DNA from: Octopus sinensis
Lineage: Eukaryota
Direction of reading: 5' to 3'
Assembly: GCF_006345805.1 (NCBI RefSeq)
Contig: NC_043022.1
Coordinates: 7,068,001-7,132,000, forward strand
Length of the DNA: 64,000 nt
Shown here: positions 62,265 to 64,000 of the stretch, in pieces
How the letters are laid out: each line of letters opens with the position of its first letter
How positions within the stretch are numbered: the stretch's first letter is position 1
Translations under genes and position numbers: made by a program
Notes under the pieces: generated by a model
Seen by the model: only the letters and a program-made list of their open reading frames with translations
Databases searched by the model: none
What the model was told of the DNA's origin: nothing

Positions 62265-62968
62265 TTTATTATAAATGCAAAACAACACCACAGAAGAATC
62301 GACGTTAGCTTAAATAATAAACTGCGATAGGTGAACTGTGATATGGCAATGGATTACTGTAAAGGTTCTTAGTCTAAATTCAGCGTGACGCTATGTATCA
62401 GTTCAAGTTAATAAAACTGAGGACACCCGGAGAGCGAACTGATTGAAATACAGTGGAGATGTAAGAGAACAGGTTAGAATTCTAAAATTAGAAGAAGGGC
62501 TTAACGATTAGAATCATATTAACAAATTAGAGAGAGAAAAATCATAGCAAAAATTTGTTTGATCATATGACTCCTTGACTATGCTAACCTAGGACTAAAC
62601 AACAGCAAAGTGCCAACCAAGGAACCTGTTCCTGATTACTCCATCTGCTAGAAAGACAGCTAAATCCCACTTAAATCAAACACTACTGTCTTGAAAGCTA
62701 AATCCCACTTAAATCAAACACTACTTGTGATGAAAGGCAAAGTCGACCTCGGTAACGAAAGGGTTATACACACAAGGGCATGGAAACACTGGAAAATTTC
62801 ATCTTAGACACACTCTGTTAAAAACCCCCAAAAACAGGAGTGGATACAGATATGGTGCCTTTGACCATAGATCTTATTTGATCAATGTTGGGCTGGAACT
62901 AAAGTTAAGTTCTGACTCAGTAAGGGATTATCAAGCAGTGAAAAGAAATTTCAGAATTGAAAACTTAC

Positions 62969-63157
62969 TGGATTAAAAACAAGCATGCGGGAGACAAGGT
63001 GTATAGCTTCATGAGTGGCTTGACTAGACAAGGAGTAGAGGGCAGTGAAAGAATTTGGTTTATGTGGCTGGCGGAGCATGTGTGCTTTGGCTCCTTCACA
63101 CGCTGTTCGCATGTCTTCCAAACTCGGAGTACCAAGTAAATCTGTTATGAGATCAAG
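62969..63157 (-). CDS. NLK: Nemo-like kinase internal coding exon (late kinase domain), phase 0 to 0
   Basis: Minus strand: polypyrimidine acceptor ctttctttcttccttacag, then 189 nt open, LDLITDLLGTPSLEDMRTACEGAKAHMLRQPHKPNSFTALYSLSSQATHEAIHLVSRMLVFNP, then donor gtaagt. Closely matches the NLK sequence I recall (DLLGTPSLEAMRTACEGAKAHILRGPHKQPSLPVLYTLSSQATHEAVHLLCRMLVFDP). Confidence 0.97.
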
Positions 63158-63284
63158 CTGTAAGGAAGAAAGAAAGAAAGAGAGACAAAATGAAAAATGT
63201 TTATATTCATAATTTTACACAAGGCTAGAAATGTGGAGGGGTTAGTTGTTTATATCGATTGCAGCACATCACTGTGTTATTTAA

Positions 63285-63505
63285 CCCTTTCGTTACTGTA
63301 TTTATTTTCAGATGTTCTGTGTTTCTTCCAATTATTTTAAATATAACAAAGAATTTAGTAAAATAACATCGTTATAATTAAGCTAGTTTTAGGAACATAA
63401 ATTGTAACTAAGGTTTGGTGGAAGATTTTAATTCAGAAATTTTGAAAACCAGATATTTGTACTAAAGAGCCAGAGCCGGTTTCAGCCGGGTTGGTATCGA
63501 AAGGG
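63285..63505. mobile_element. piggyBac-type MITE, second family
   Basis: TTAA|CCCTTTCG...CGAAAGGG|TTAA. Confidence 0.85.
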
Positions 63506-63865
63506 TTAATTGAGCACAACCCTTCCTCTGCCCAGAAAGTAAAGCCCAGCAGAATTTCAACTCATAAACGCTTGCAAACTGAATAGCACAAAGAATTTTG
63601 TTAACGGTGGGGATTTTTATAATTATTTTTGTGATTTAGGCACAAGAAATGAAAAACATCTAATCTTTGTAGCCATGTGTGTGGAACACAGCAATTTAGA
63701 AATTGCCCAACTTTTTAATTGTTGTTGCCAGATCTTTAGTGCATGGAATTCAGATGGAATTGGAAGCTTCTGACAGGAATGTTTCAATTGTAACAAGGAC
63801 AGAAGAACATTCTAAATGTTCAGAGACTATGAAGACACTGCAATCCAACAAACAGGTTCAAAACA

Positions 63866-64000
63866 TACCTATTTCTTTACTACCCACAAGGGGCTAAACA
63901 CAGAGAGGACAAACAAGGACAGACAAACGGATTAAGTCGATTATATCGACCCCAGTGCGTAAATGGTACTTATTTAATCGACCCCGAAAGGGTGAAAGGC
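63866..64000 (-). mobile_element. SINE family B, cut by the window edge
   Basis: atttctttactacccacaaggggctaaacacagag...; matches 27662-27890. Confidence 0.88.

Overview
AT-rich, very repeat-dense eukaryotic DNA. It is most likely a coleoid cephalopod such as Octopus; this is inferred from the tRNA-derived SINE families and the heavy microsatellite load. The one host gene I can support is Nemo-like kinase (NLK/nemo) on the minus strand. Its last four coding exons are at 62969-63157, 58284-58482, 56420-56516 and 31886-31940, with GT-AG sites and compatible phases, and the last intron is 24.5 kb. The rest is transposon-derived: at least five SINE families, four recent CR1 3' fragments, an RTE fragment, a rearranged HERO-like (RLE) retrotransposon, an ORF1-only L1/Tx1-like element, Penelope-like remnants, Helentron-like elements and several MITE families. 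There is a 100-N gap at 11973-12072. The most striking observations are: (1) a 95-unit 20-bp minisatellite 1.1 kb downstream of the NLK stop that matches the CR1 3'-terminal stem-loop, with a pairing-preserving variant; (2) a minimal hammerhead ribozyme motif on the NLK-sense strand of the last intron; (3) a HERO-like element whose two RT halves face each other around a duplicated target; (4) loss of the conserved C-terminal NLK Ser-Pro site (PPSP to PPLP); (5) a perfect 98-bp-arm palindrome. Almost all ORFs in the supplied track are repeat artefacts. Repeat boundaries were read by eye and are approximate unless a TSD or TIR is quoted.
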